A stretch of DNA of 61,933 nt, counting the filler. It is 6 parts of 6 records of this genome, joined end to end, with 100 filler letters (N's around TTAATTAATTAA, not from the genome) between each part and the next. Parts side by side here need not be neighbours in the genome. Positions count along the whole stretch, not along the records: positions 38,885 to 51,864 come from SRR2962707_3085; positions 51,965 to 61,933 come from SRR2962707_3088; 4 more parts are not named here. The stretch is one strand, 5' to 3'. Below the pieces are notes generated by a model. That model was not told the origin of the DNA. It searched no databases and worked only from the letters and a program-made list of their open reading frames with translations. Within the stretch, counting starts at the first letter, position 1. Every line of letters starts with the position of its first letter. This document shows positions 42,147 through 52,836 of this stretch, piece after piece. A program made the position numbers and the translations under genes.

Positions 42147-42773
42147 CTAACACATCGAAGACCGTTCAAAGAAGCGCTCCCGCGAAAGTGACATGAGCGC
42201 GGCTCGTTTGTGGGGGAAATCAAAATCCCGGACCCGATCAAAGCCGGTATTCTGAAGGTGGTGAATCATGCGGTCGTTGTCGGACCGAGGTTCGGAGACG
42301 ATACGCTGTGTCCGGGGTTCATCCAGAAACAGGTAGTGCACCAGGGACGGCAGCCAGCACGCCACTTTGTGAGGGCCACGATGGTGATCCTCCCCGACCA
42401 GCATGTGGATGCCACGATCATGCAATCCGGCCTCACAATGGGGCCCGATACGATCTTCCTGGGCCCAATAGACATCGAAAAAACCAAACGGTTCGTCATC
42501 AAAACAGCCGATCAGTTGCAGGCAATGGGGGTCCTTCGCGAGTACCTCCAGATGCCTGCGATGCTCTTCCAGCGACCCGCTCTCCTCCCAGAAATACTCG
42601 ACCCTGGGGGAGTTCTGCCAACGATTGAAGCGCGCCAGATCTTCCCGGATATCCAACGTACGAAAAGAAATCCAACTGCACAACTGGGTATCATGGCGGC
42701 GGTACACCTCACCAACGGGTTTTTGCGGCCGTATCGGAACACCCGGGTTTTCCAAAGTATCTGCTGTACTCAC
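42147..42773 (-). CDS. IucB/AlcB-type siderophore N-hydroxy-amino-acid acyltransferase (GNAT)
   Basis: RWQNSPRV..FW, YWAQEDRIG, DRGIHMLVGE, YLFLDEPRT, EPRSDN, FPHKRAAL; GTG start overlaps the upstream stop. Confidence 0.88.
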   Translation of the reverse strand: MSTADTLENPGVPIRPQKPVGEVYRRHDTQLCSWISFRTLDIREDLARFNRWQNSPRVEYFWEESGSLEEHRRHLEVLAKDPHCLQLIGCFDDEPFGFFDVYWAQEDRIGPHCEAGLHDRGIHMLVGEDHHRGPHKVACWLPSLVHYLFLDEPRTQRIVSEPRSDNDRMIHHLQNTGFDRVRDFDFPHKRAALMSLSRERFFERSSMC

Positions 42774-43789
42774 GTTACCTCCTCCCGAAGCGCCGGGTTC
42801 TGTGGATTGCTGGAAAGCCCATGCCCCTCGGCCATTGCAACGACGACTTTCCTGGGGCCGGCGAAGGGTTCCCGCGCATGGGCCATCAACATATTGTCCA
42901 GCATCAGGATGTCGCCACTGCGCCACGGGAAGACCACGCGACATTCATCCAGAACACCCCGGACTTCCTCCAGAGCGGAGGACTCAATGGCGCCGCCATC
43001 GCCGTAGTAAACGTTTCTGGGCAGATTGTCCTCGCCCACGGTTTCCAGCAGGATCGCCTGCATTTCCTCATCCAGCGCCGACAAGTGGAACAGGTGCGCC
43101 TGATTGAACCACACCTTGTCGCCGGTACGGGGATGACGGGCAACTGCCTGACAGCGCTGAGCCGTGCGCAGACAACCATCGTCTTTCCAGGTTACGTCAA
43201 TACCCTGCCGTCGGCAGAAAACCTCAACCGCTTCGGCACTGTCGGTGTTGAACACCTGTTGCCAATCCACATCAAGGCCGTTGCCATAGTTGCGGACGTA
43301 AGTCAGCCCCCGCTCACTGAAACGCCGGCGCAGGGCCGGATCGATCCGGCGATAGACCTCTCGGCTGTCCGCGATGGGGGTCTCCCCGCCCTGCTCGGCC
43401 GCCCGAGCACAATAGAACCAGATCCGCATTGGCCACTCGGTTGTATAGGCCTGCTCGTTATGCAGTGGAATGCTTCTGTGAGCCGGATACTCCGTTGAGG
43501 TATAAACACCTTTTCCGGTCACCTGGCTGCGGGGCGTTGAACCAAACTCGTAACTGAGCAGCGGATGACCAAAAGAACCGGCAAACGACTGGAAGCCCTC
43601 AACGCCGGGCGCTGAAAAGCCGCGAAACAGGATGGCACCGTCTTTTTCCAGTCGGTGCTCGACCAGCTCCCGAATTGCTCCAGCAACCTGCTCCAGGCCG
43701 GTATCCGGCGTGAGCGGGCTGACCTTGAGCGGAACACCGTCCTCGATGGCCAACGCCTCAGGCGCTGTTCTGGCCGTGATGGAATTCAT
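42770..43789 (-). CDS. SyrP-like TauD/TfdA Fe(II)/2-OG dioxygenase (stand-alone beta-hydroxylase)
   Basis: GAILFRGF, STPRS..GVYTSTEYP..IPLHNE, WFNQAHLFH, DNMLMAHAR. Confidence 0.88.
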   Translation of the reverse strand: MNSITARTAPEALAIEDGVPLKVSPLTPDTGLEQVAGAIRELVEHRLEKDGAILFRGFSAPGVEGFQSFAGSFGHPLLSYEFGSTPRSQVTGKGVYTSTEYPAHRSIPLHNEQAYTTEWPMRIWFYCARAAEQGGETPIADSREVYRRIDPALRRRFSERGLTYVRNYGNGLDVDWQQVFNTDSAEAVEVFCRRQGIDVTWKDDGCLRTAQRCQAVARHPRTGDKVWFNQAHLFHLSALDEEMQAILLETVGEDNLPRNVYYGDGGAIESSALEEVRGVLDECRVVFPWRSGDILMLDNMLMAHAREPFAGPRKVVVAMAEGHGLSSNPQNPALREEVT

Positions 43790-43794
43790 CGGCT

Positions 43795-44001
43795 TCAACC
43801 TCCGGCCATCGCATCCTGCAGGCTTTTGGGACGCATATCCGTCCACGCTTCACGGATGTGCGCGAGACAGGAGGCCTTATCCCCCTCCACGCCTATCGCT
43901 TTCCAGCCTTCGGGAATGGGTTTGTAGCTCGGCCAGATGGAGTATTGCTCTTCGTGGTTAATGACAACCTGAAAAATGGTGCTCTCGCTATCGAAACTCA
44001 T
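43795..44001 (-). CDS. mbtH: MbtH-like protein
   Basis: [30 protein letters not shown]. Confidence 0.96.
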   Translation of the reverse strand: MSFDSESTIFQVVINHEEQYSIWPSYKPIPEGWKAIGVEGDKASCLAHIREAWTDMRPKSLQDAMAGG

Positions 44002-44081
44002 GACGTACCTCGCCTGACCTGTAACTCCAGGGGCAGACCGCCCCTCCCATACTCTCCAAGACGAACGGGGCACCCGGAAAT

Positions 44082-45023
44082 TTAGGGCGACGGCCTGTCT
44101 GAGCCCATCCCGTTCATCACATCAATCATCTGCTTCATGATGACGGTGGCGGTCAGCGGCCCACCAAACGACCAGTAGTTGGTTGCCAGGAAGCCGTAGC
44201 GATGCTTCCGCGCCGCCGGCAGAGCTCGCCAGAGCGGAGATTCAAACATCGGTGCTCCACTGAAATTGCCGATCATGAAGATATGGGCATCGGGTGCCTG
44301 GGCAAGCGCGTGGATTTCAATCCGCTGGTGGATGGTGTGGCCTTCCCGCAATGGCCAGGGATTGGTGCCGCCCAGCCGGTTCGCCAGGCTGACGACCAGC
44401 GTCTGTTCATTCGAAACAATAAACAGCCCCTGCTCTGCCAATGGGTAAAGCACTGCGATGGGCTCTCCGGCCATCCCCCTTTCACGAGCCACCCGCCTTC
44501 CCTTATCCAGGACCTGTTCCAGCCGGGCAACAACCACCTCCGCCTCAGCCTCTCTCCCTGTCAGGGCCGCCAGGTGCCCCAGAATCGCCTTTCCAACGTC
44601 TACGGCATCCCGGGGTGACGGTTCCAGGGAGACCCGATACATCACTGTGGGCGCCAGCCGATCAAGGCGGTCAAATAGGCTGACATGGAGGCTGGACACA
44701 CCCAGAATCAGGTCCGGCTGCATGCTGACCAAACGTTCCAGGTTGGGTTGTTGCGGCGTTCCCAGGGATTCCACGCCATCCAGACTGTCAGCCAGAGGCT
44801 TGCCCTGCCAGCGATAGCTGTCCGGGTTGGCAACACCCACCGGCTGTATACCCAGCGCCAGCAGAATCTCCGTGGTGAGATCATCCAGACTGACGATCCG
44901 CAGAGGCTCGTCGGGAATCGTCTCTGACTGCGCGGCCACGATGGGCTTCGGTGGTTCGGCGTTGGCGACTAGAGATACGAGGCAGAGTGCAATGGCTGCA
45001 ATTAACGTCATTCCGGCTCTCAT
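44082..45023 (-). CDS. Iron-siderophore ABC periplasmic binding protein (FhuD-like)
   Basis: Signal peptide; [39 protein letters not shown]. Confidence 0.88.
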   Translation of the reverse strand: MRAGMTLIAAIALCLVSLVANAEPPKPIVAAQSETIPDEPLRIVSLDDLTTEILLALGIQPVGVANPDSYRWQGKPLADSLDGVESLGTPQQPNLERLVSMQPDLILGVSSLHVSLFDRLDRLAPTVMYRVSLEPSPRDAVDVGKAILGHLAALTGREAEAEVVVARLEQVLDKGRRVARERGMAGEPIAVLYPLAEQGLFIVSNEQTLVVSLANRLGGTNPWPLREGHTIHQRIEIHALAQAPDAHIFMIGNFSGAPMFESPLWRALPAARKHRYGFLATNYWSFGGPLTATVIMKQMIDVMNGMGSDRPSP

Positions 45024-47059
45024 GCTTTACGAAAGTAGGTTCGGGTCAGGAGCACCAGGAAAATCGGCGCCCCTATGGTGGCGGTCATCACACCAAGTGG
45101 CACGTCCAGCGGTGACAACAATCGCTGCCCCCCCACATCGGCCAGGATCAGCAAAACCGCGCCCATCAATGGCGTCACGATCAGCCGATCCCGATAGCCA
45201 TAGAAGCCCAGCAACCGAACAGCATGAGGCACCAGCAGCCCAACAAAAGCCACCGGCCCAAGCACACTGACAGCCGCAGCAATCATGAAACTGGCCAGCA
45301 CAAGCAGTAGCAGGCGTTTACGGGCGGCGCCCACACCCAGACTGTCCGCGACCCCATCTCCCAGGGCCAGCAGGTCCAGCCACCGACGCGCCAACATCGC
45401 CAGCACCAGGCCGATGCACAACCAGGGCAACAACACCCATACATCACCCCAGGTAGTGGCGTAGCTGCTTCCAGCCATCCAGATCAGCGCGAGCGTTATG
45501 TTCAGGGAGTGAAAGCCAATCAACAGGCTGGTGAGCCCCGCAGCAACACCGGTCAGAGCGAAGCCGGTCAGAATCAGCCGCAAGGGCTCGAGACCATGAC
45601 GAACGTTGAGCAGAATGACGACGGTCAGCGCCACGGTCGCCCCAAGCCAGGCGAAGGGCAGGCGCCAGCCCGGTGCGAGTTCGGGCAGTAGCATGATCCC
45701 GGCCAACACCGCCAGTGCGGACATCTGGCTGACCCCCAACACACTGGGACTCGCCAGTGGGTTGCGGGTTACTCCCTGCAGAATCAGACCACTGGAGGCA
45801 AACAAGGCGCCCCCGGCGGCATCCACCATCAGCCGGGGCAACCGCAGGTCCAGCAACTGCCAGGCCACTCCATCCCCCGCCAATAGCATGGTCAGGCTGA
45901 TGGCGTCGCCACCTAGCACGCCATAACCCAGCCCACCGCCCAGCATCATCGTCAATATCACCACGATCGCGACGGCGGAGAGCTTTTTCCCGGTAGGCTC
46001 CCCTGACCCCAGGGCTGCCTGAACCGGAAACTGGCGGCTGCGGGTCAATCGCAACAACAGCATGACCGCGATGCCGCCAAGAACCGCCGACAAGGTCGCC
46101 AGAGGCAGTTCCATCACCTCCGCCACAGCAGCCACCACAACATCCGCGGACAACGTCAGGACCCCGCCCCAAAGCGCAGCCAGCGGCAGCAACCGTGATG
46201 GCCAGTGTACGCCAAATCCGTAGCGCACCAGGTTCGGCGCAACCAGACCAATGAACCCCAGCGGCCCGGCGATATGAATTGCCAGTGCGGTCAGCAGAGT
46301 GCCTATCAGGATAACCACCGCTTTAAGCATGCGGGGTGACAGCCCCAGCACCCGCATCTGGGCATCTCCCAACAAAGCCATGTTCAGCGGTCGCCGCAGC
46401 AACGCAAGAGCAAGCAGCAATGGCGGCACCATCCACAGTGCCAGTTGCACCCGGGCCCAACCGAACTGGCTGAGTGACCCGGTGTCCCAGATCGCCACCA
46501 CAAAGGCCGCCCGTTCATTGAGGGTGAGCAACAGCGTCAACAGGGCGTAAAGGATCTGTGCCATGGCCATGCCGGCCAACACCAGGCGCAGCGGCGTCGT
46601 ACGACTGCCGCCGGCGAAAAAGAACGTCAGCATCGCGGCCACAAGACCACCCAGGAAGACCAGCGGCAGGGCAAACGCCGCTGGCAGCATCATCCCCAGG
46701 ATGACCCCAAACTGGGCGCCCGCCGTGATACCAAGTAGATCCGGCGACACCAGCGGATTGCGGGTAATCAACTGCATCAGGGCGCCGGCAATACCCAACC
46801 CCGCACCGACGATCAGGCCTGCAACAACTCGGGGTAACTGTGCCCACCAGAGCAGCAGGTCATCGAGGGACGGTGACGACTGCCATGGGGTCAACCAGGC
46901 ACCGGCCTCCGGCATCGGATAACGGAAAAAGCCCTGCCATAACAGCAGGGCTATCAAGGCCAGGGTTCCCGCCCCGGTCGCCAGCCACAGTCGGCGGTTC
47001 GTCGCCTTGACCTGGCCACCTTCAATTTGCTGATTCACCGCAGTCACACCAACATCCAT
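45020..47059 (-). CDS. fhuB: Fused iron-hydroxamate ABC permease
   Basis: Two FecCD halves (LPR..RNPL.SP..LG and GP..F.GL..P, each twice). Confidence 0.9.
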   Translation of the reverse strand: MDVGVTAVNQQIEGGQVKATNRRLWLATGAGTLALIALLLWQGFFRYPMPEAGAWLTPWQSSPSLDDLLLWWAQLPRVVAGLIVGAGLGIAGALMQLITRNPLVSPDLLGITAGAQFGVILGMMLPAAFALPLVFLGGLVAAMLTFFFAGGSRTTPLRLVLAGMAMAQILYALLTLLLTLNERAAFVVAIWDTGSLSQFGWARVQLALWMVPPLLLALALLRRPLNMALLGDAQMRVLGLSPRMLKAVVILIGTLLTALAIHIAGPLGFIGLVAPNLVRYGFGVHWPSRLLPLAALWGGVLTLSADVVVAAVAEVMELPLATLSAVLGGIAVMLLLRLTRSRQFPVQAALGSGEPTGKKLSAVAIVVILTMMLGGGLGYGVLGGDAISLTMLLAGDGVAWQLLDLRLPRLMVDAAGGALFASSGLILQGVTRNPLASPSVLGVSQMSALAVLAGIMLLPELAPGWRLPFAWLGATVALTVVILLNVRHGLEPLRLILTGFALTGVAAGLTSLLIGFHSLNITLALIWMAGSSYATTWGDVWVLLPWLCIGLVLAMLARRWLDLLALGDGVADSLGVGAARKRLLLLVLASFMIAAAVSVLGPVAFVGLLVPHAVRLLGFYGYRDRLIVTPLMGAVLLILADVGGQRLLSPLDVPLGVMTATIGAPIFLVLLTRTYFRKA

Positions 47060-47142
47060 TCATCAGGGTGCAGAGAATCCGGCGATGGCATCGGCAGCCG
47101 CAGGAAGGCACGACCGCCGTCAGCACATCGCCGGCTCAGGCA

Positions 47143-49320
47143 CTACCAGTTATAGGAAACCGTGCCCTGAACGGTGCGCTCAGCGCCATAGTAGCAACGC
47201 GCCGCATTGTTACATTCGCCGACGTATTCCTCGTCAAACAGGTTGTGGACGTTCACGCGGGTCTCCCAACCATTAAGGAATTGGTAGGCCAGAGCCAGGT
47301 CCACCAGAGTGACCTCGTCGGTCTCCAGTCGTGACGGGTAGGCGAGAGTATCAGACGGGTAGGCGTAGGACTCGCCGACATAGCGCACACCGACGCCAGC
47401 TTCCACGCCACGCAACAGGTCCTCGAAGAATTTGTAGTTGGCCCAGAGCGAAGCCTGGTTGCGCGGGACGCCCACGACCTGCCTGCCCTCATAGCGAGGG
47501 AAGGATTCATCTTCGACGATCTTTGCGTCGGTGTAGGTGTAGGTGGCCAGCAGGCTCAGGTTCTCGTTGATGTCGCTGTTGAGTTCAAACTCGACACCCT
47601 CGGATTCCGTACGGCCGACGTTCCGATAGGCACCAATGGAACCGTCATAATTGACGTCGTCCTTCTTGACAATATCAAACGCCGAAACGGTCACCAGCGT
47701 ATCCAAGCCCGGCGGCTGGTACTTGAAGCCAGCTTCATACTGCCGACCTGTGATCGGTTCCAGGGCTTCATTATCCGTCGTAGTCTGGCGAGCTGGCACA
47801 AACGAAGTGGAATAGCTGAGGTAAGGCGAAAGGCCAAAATCAAACTCGTACATCAGGCCGGCCTGCCATGTGAACTCCTTGTCGTTGAAGTCGAAGTCCT
47901 CGCCTCCCGGCAGACGATTATCAAATTCAGTTTCGGCGTAATCAAAACGCCCTCCCAGTAGCCCGATCAGGTTACCGACCCGACTCTGCACCTGTGCATA
48001 AACGCCAGCCAGGTTCTGAATTTCCTCACCGTCGCTGGAGGTGGTCGGGGTACCCGGGATCCGGGCCCAAACCGGGTCATAGATGTTGATAAATTGAATA
48101 TCGCTGAAACCGACATCCTGGGTCTGATCAAAACTGGTGCGATCAAAGCTCACACCGGCAAGCCAGGTGTTTTCGGTAGCGCCGATCTGCAGATCTCCAA
48201 CCAGTTGGTTGTCGATGGAATAGGTACGCGACTCATTAAACCGGTCACGGCCATACGCACCCACGAAATCATCAAACCCATCCCCAGGGAACCCCCACCA
48301 GACTTCCTTGCGCTCAACACGGGAACGCAGGTAACGGGCGTTCTGCCGGAAGGTCAGGTCAGAATTGAACTGGTGCTCGTATTCATAGCCCAGTGACCAG
48401 ACCTTACGATCAAAGGTATCCCACTCCGGATGACCAAGATTGGTGGACGGGTCGATTTGACCGGCGGGGTGATCCAACACGGTTCCGCCTGCCGGTAGCC
48501 CCAACTGAATTTCGGTATCGTCTTTCTGATAGGAGACCAGCAGTGTCAGGGTGTCCTGATCGGTCAGTTTCAGGGTCATGGACGGTGCAAAGTAAAGCCG
48601 GTCGTCCGGCACGCTGTCGGTCTGGGTATCGGATCGCCGGCTCAGGAACACCATGCGCCCCAGCACCTTGCCATCATCGGTCATCGCACCGGAAATATCA
48701 GCGGATACCTGTTTGCGGTCATGGGTGCCGTAGCTCAGGTTTACCTGGCCCTGATCGGTCTCAGTGGGACGCTTGCTCACCAGGTTCACCAGTCCGCCCG
48801 GCACGTTCTCACCGTACAGTACGGAAGTGGGGCCCTTGAACACCTCAACCCGCTCAAGCCCGAAGGGCTCTGCCGAGGTGGAGTAGGCGTTGGGCTGAAC
48901 CCTGAGGCCATCGCGGTAGGTACCGTAGCCGTAGTCGCGCTGGTTCATACCGCGAATATAGAAAATGTCACCGGCAAGACCATCACCGACCGGGAACTTG
49001 GTCGAGGAAACACCCGGCATGTAGTAGAGAATATCGGACAACGTCTGGGCATTCTGGTCTTCGATGCGCTCCCTGGTAGCAACGGAAACCGACCGCGGTG
49101 TTTCAGCCAGCGGCGTGTTCGTCTTGGTCGCCGTCAGGCTTCGTTCCGCCTCGTAGCCATAGTCAGGTCCCTGCGGCCCTTCCCTCTCAGCGGTGACCTG
49201 AATTTCCTCGAGTTCCGTTGCGTTATTCTCGTCCTGGGCAAAGGCGTGGCCAGAGGTGCCTACTGCAGCCGCAAGCAGACTGATTCGGAAGGCGGATAAG
49301 CCGTTTTCCTTAAACGTCAT
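47143..49320 (-). CDS. TonB-dependent siderophore receptor
   Basis: Signal peptide, TonB box EEIQVTA, ERVEVFKGPTSVLYG, NVHNLFDEEY, terminal aromatic YNW. Confidence 0.95.
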   Translation of the reverse strand: MTFKENGLSAFRISLLAAAVGTSGHAFAQDENNATELEEIQVTAEREGPQGPDYGYEAERSLTATKTNTPLAETPRSVSVATRERIEDQNAQTLSDILYYMPGVSSTKFPVGDGLAGDIFYIRGMNQRDYGYGTYRDGLRVQPNAYSTSAEPFGLERVEVFKGPTSVLYGENVPGGLVNLVSKRPTETDQGQVNLSYGTHDRKQVSADISGAMTDDGKVLGRMVFLSRRSDTQTDSVPDDRLYFAPSMTLKLTDQDTLTLLVSYQKDDTEIQLGLPAGGTVLDHPAGQIDPSTNLGHPEWDTFDRKVWSLGYEYEHQFNSDLTFRQNARYLRSRVERKEVWWGFPGDGFDDFVGAYGRDRFNESRTYSIDNQLVGDLQIGATENTWLAGVSFDRTSFDQTQDVGFSDIQFINIYDPVWARIPGTPTTSSDGEEIQNLAGVYAQVQSRVGNLIGLLGGRFDYAETEFDNRLPGGEDFDFNDKEFTWQAGLMYEFDFGLSPYLSYSTSFVPARQTTTDNEALEPITGRQYEAGFKYQPPGLDTLVTVSAFDIVKKDDVNYDGSIGAYRNVGRTESEGVEFELNSDINENLSLLATYTYTDAKIVEDESFPRYEGRQVVGVPRNQASLWANYKFFEDLLRGVEAGVGVRYVGESYAYPSDTLAYPSRLETDEVTLVDLALAYQFLNGWETRVNVHNLFDEEYVGECNNAARCYYGAERTVQGTVSYNW

Positions 49321-49414
49321 AACTGATTCCCTACTGAATGTGACAAAAGCGCCAAAACCCGGCGCCTTACCTGAAGCTGAAGCTATCTTAAGCATATTTA
49401 ATTTTAAACTCAAC

Positions 49415-49433
49415 GATAACAATTCCTATTTAC
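49415..49433 (-). promoter_or_regulatory. Putative Fur box upstream of the receptor operon
   Basis: GATAACAATTCCTATTTAC (11/19 to consensus) in an AT-rich intergenic region. Confidence 0.65.
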
Positions 49434-49469
49434 ATTAGAAAATGCGTTATATTCAATGCCTGTTAAGGC

Positions 49470-51864
49470 CTAACCCACTGGTTCGCCTGAACGCCCCACT
49501 TTCATACCATCGGCTCCGACCGTGGAATTGGAGTTCGCTTCCAACGAACGGGGCATCGATTCAAGAAATTCCGGATGGCGTACAATTCCCAGATGGTGAG
49601 TATCGATCCACACCGAGCTGGCAGGTTGGCAGCCGATAAAGGCGGTCAGTAGCGCTTCTGCATTGTCATTGCTCTCTGGTGACTGCTTTGCCCACCACGC
49701 ATGCACTGGCGCCCGAAGTGGTTTGACCCGTTCATGGGCCCTTGCCAGCCGGCGCATATGCCTTTCCACATCCAGCAATTGCTGCCACTCATCCTGGGCG
49801 ACGCCCTCAGGGGATGATTCGGGATTGTTTTCGACGGACCGGTGGCCAGCCCCGGGGATATAACCATCGATCAGGCCGACCCAGGCCACTTCCCTGCCCA
49901 TGCGCTCCAGCAGGCTCGCCATTTCCAGCACCAGCGCACCACCCATGGACCAACCAAGGAGGTAGTATGGCCCCTGGGGCTGTAGCGCCAGCATCTCCTT
50001 CACGTAGTCCCTTGCCATCGCGGCCAGTGACCGGTCGCGCCAGCTTGAATCCAGAATCTGCCGATTCTGGAAACCCCATACCGACCAGTCGCCCGCCAAT
50101 CGTGAGGCAAGCGGATAGTAGCCAACCACCGTGCCGCTGACCGGGTGCGGACAGAATAGTTGCGGTGCTGTCCCACGCGACTCTGAAAGACGAATCAGAG
50201 GATTCAGCTTACCCGCCGACGGCCGCTCGGCCTCCGCCGGTAATGCCTCCGATGTGCCGGCCACCAGGGTTTCCAGAGCCAGGCCAATCGCTCTCATCAG
50301 CCGCTGGACGTTGGAAGCCTGATATCGCTGACCACTGTAGCGACAACTGAGCGTCAACTGCCCCTGATAGACCTGGCCGTTTATTTCCAGCTCCCGCCCG
50401 AGGGGCGCATCGGGGTCCACCAACTCACCCGCCGACTCCGGCGCCAATCTAAAACGACCGCTCGCAAGGGTGTCGTCAAACTGACCCAGGTAATTGAATG
50501 CCAGGTCCGGTTCCGGCAGGCGTTTCAGACGCGAACGGGTTTTAGGGTCGCCCAGGTATCGAAGGGCACCGTATCCGAGTCCCTTGCCCGGAATCCCGGC
50601 ACGCAGATGGCGGGTCGCGTCTAGGGTTAATAACGGATTGCCTGTGGGTTCGAGCTGAACCGGATACAGGCTGGTAAACCAACCCAGTGTGCGGCTCAGG
50701 TCGAGGGCTGCATCGTCGGTTTCCCGGCCATGACCCTCTACGGCGACGATGGGTCGCTGCAGACCACCCCATGCCCGCAGCCCCTCCGCCAGGGCAGCCA
50801 GCATGACATCGTCCATGCCCGCCTCAAACGCCGCCAGGGTTTGACGGAGCAACGTTCGGGTTTGACCGGCGGACAGGCTCCACTCGCAGAGTTCCTCATA
50901 CCGTGTCGCCCGGCTGCCCGCCGGATTGTCCACCGGCCAGGGCTCAGGGGCAGTGGAAAAACGTTCCCAATACGCCAGTTCCTGCTGCCATGCTCCCTGA
51001 TCGGCACGCTCGCGGAGGTGATTGGCCCAGGACTGGAAAGTAGCGCGCGGTAGCCGAGCATCAGTTGCCCTTCCCTCGGCAACCTGCCGGTAGGCTTCGC
51101 CGAGATCGTCCAGGAGAATCCGCCAGGAGACACCGTCAACAATCAAGTGATGGGCGCTGACCAACAGTCGCTGCCCACCGTCCGGAAGTGTCATCAGCAC
51201 AATGGCTGCAAGGGGGCCGTTCTCGAGATCGAAACTGCGCTGTATTCGGTCACAAGTCGTCGTCACCAAACCCTCGTCTGGCAGCACCACGACACTGAAA
51301 AGCCGGTCCACGGACTCTGTAGCTCGGTAGTTTCCATACCAGACATCCCGTTCACGGTGGAAGCCCAGGCGGAGGACATCGTGGTGTTCGATCAGCGCCG
51401 CAACCGCTCGCCGCAGCAGTTCCTCGTCAAGCGGGTGAATGACCTCAAGCAATACCGACTGGTTCCAATGGGAATAATCAGGCAGAGGCTGCTCGAAAAA
51501 ATGGGCCTGAATCGGTGTCAGTGGCACAAGGCCTTCGGCCCTTGCAGTTTCGGAGGCTGACGTCGTTATCGGCTCCAAAGCAGCGGCCAACTCCGAGAGT
51601 CGCGGTTTCAGGAACACGGTTTTCGGTGTCACTTGCCAGCGCAACTGACGCAAACGGGTGATCAGCTCCAGGGACTGGATGGAATCACCACCCAGCTCGA
51701 AGAAACTGTCATTCCTGCCGACCTCAGCCGCTCCCAGCATTGCGGCCCACAGTTCGGCCAGCAGGACCTCGCGCGCGCCTTCTGGCCTCTGATGCTGTTT
51801 CGTTCGCGAGACAGGCTCTGGCAACGCATTACGATCCAGCTTGCCATTGGGCAGCTTGGGCAGT
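49470..51864 (-). CDS. NRPS C-terminal part: PCP - epimerization - thioesterase (5'-truncated)
   Basis: FFELGGDSI (PCP); LTPIQ, HHLIVDGVSW, EGHGRE, RTLGWFTS.YP, FNYLGQ (E); HPVSG..GWSMGG (TE). Confidence 0.93.
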
Positions 51865-51964
51865 NNNNNNNNNNNNNNNNNNNNNNNNNNNNNNNNNNNN
51901 NNNNNNNNTTAATTAATTAANNNNNNNNNNNNNNNNNNNNNNNNNNNNNNNNNNNNNNNNNNNN
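51865..51964. other. Artificial contig spacer
   Basis: N-run with TTAATTAATTAA. Confidence 0.98.
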
Positions 51965-52229
51965 CATGTGCGAAAAGCTCAAGGAGCTGATCCCCCCGCA
52001 TCTGTTCGTCATCCCGATCCAGGCCGCCATCGGCGGCAAGATCATCGCCCGCGAAACCGTCCGTGCCATGCGCAAGGACGTGACGGCCAAGTGCTACGGC
52101 GGCGACGCCACCCGCAAACGCAAGCTGCTGGAGAAACAAAAAGCCGGCAAGAAGCGCATGCGCCAGTTTGGCAGCGTAGAAATTCCGCAAGAGGCGTTCA
52201 TCAAGGCGCTGAAGATGGGTGATGACTAG
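51965..52229 (+). CDS. lepA: Elongation factor 4 (LepA), 3' end
   Basis: [43 protein letters not shown]. Confidence 0.97.
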
Positions 52230-52236
52230 CCGACAG

Positions 52237-52815
52237 CGCTTCGCGCAAAATCGCTCCGGTGGAGCGATTTTAGTCGGCTAGGCCCGGAGACTGCGCGACG
52301 TGCCGCAGGCAAATTTGCTCCGGTGGAGCAAATTTAGGGAAGCAGGCCACGAGACCTATGGTCGAGTGGCAGCTCGCAGGGCGAGGGCCAGCGCGGCTCG
52401 TCTTCACCTCTCCCTTGGGGCGGCGCGCAGCGCCGGGTGAGGGGGCCTTCTTAGATGCGCCCGACCCAAACAGGCACAATCCCTCCTTCACCTCCCCCTT
52501 GAAGGGGGAGGTAGCGCCGCTCGGCCCGAAGGGTCCTAGCAAAGCTAGGTGGGGGTGATTTCTCGACGCCGCGCAACCTCCGCCCCCGTCCTTCGAGGCC
52601 GCTACGCGGCACCTCAGGATGAGGGCTCCGAAACATCCAGCTACATCCGGCACGATTTCCCGCGAGCCTCATGGTGAGGTGTGCAGCGCCAGCGGAGCCT
52701 CGAACCACGAGGGCGGGTGCCCCAAGGCCCTCAACACGCTCAATGTCATCCCTCCCCCTGTCAGGGGTTTCGCTCCGGCCCGCAGGGCAAAATCGCTCCA
52801 GTGGAGCGTTATTTG
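52237..52815. repeat. Mosaic of at least three families of palindromic REP-like intergenic elements
   Basis: CC-RGT-GG hairpins at 52247-52271, 52311-52335, ~52789-52813; ACCTCCCCCTT-G-AAGGGGGAGGT at 52490-52512; inverted CCTCAT..GAGG..CCTCGAA pair at 52588-52624 and 52667-52711. Confidence 0.8.
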
Positions 52816-52836
52816 CCCGGCGCGCCTGTTATCTAT

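Noticed and set aside
6669-51964. Recurring TTAATTAATTAA inside N-runs and ORFs ending in X..LIN
   Set aside because: Artificial six-frame-stop linker; adjacency across it, including the bacterium-eukaryote junctions, is not evidence of gene transfer.
52237-52815. CRISPR array interpretation of the palindromic repeats
   Set aside because: Repeats are heterogeneous and irregularly spaced, and no cas genes are present.
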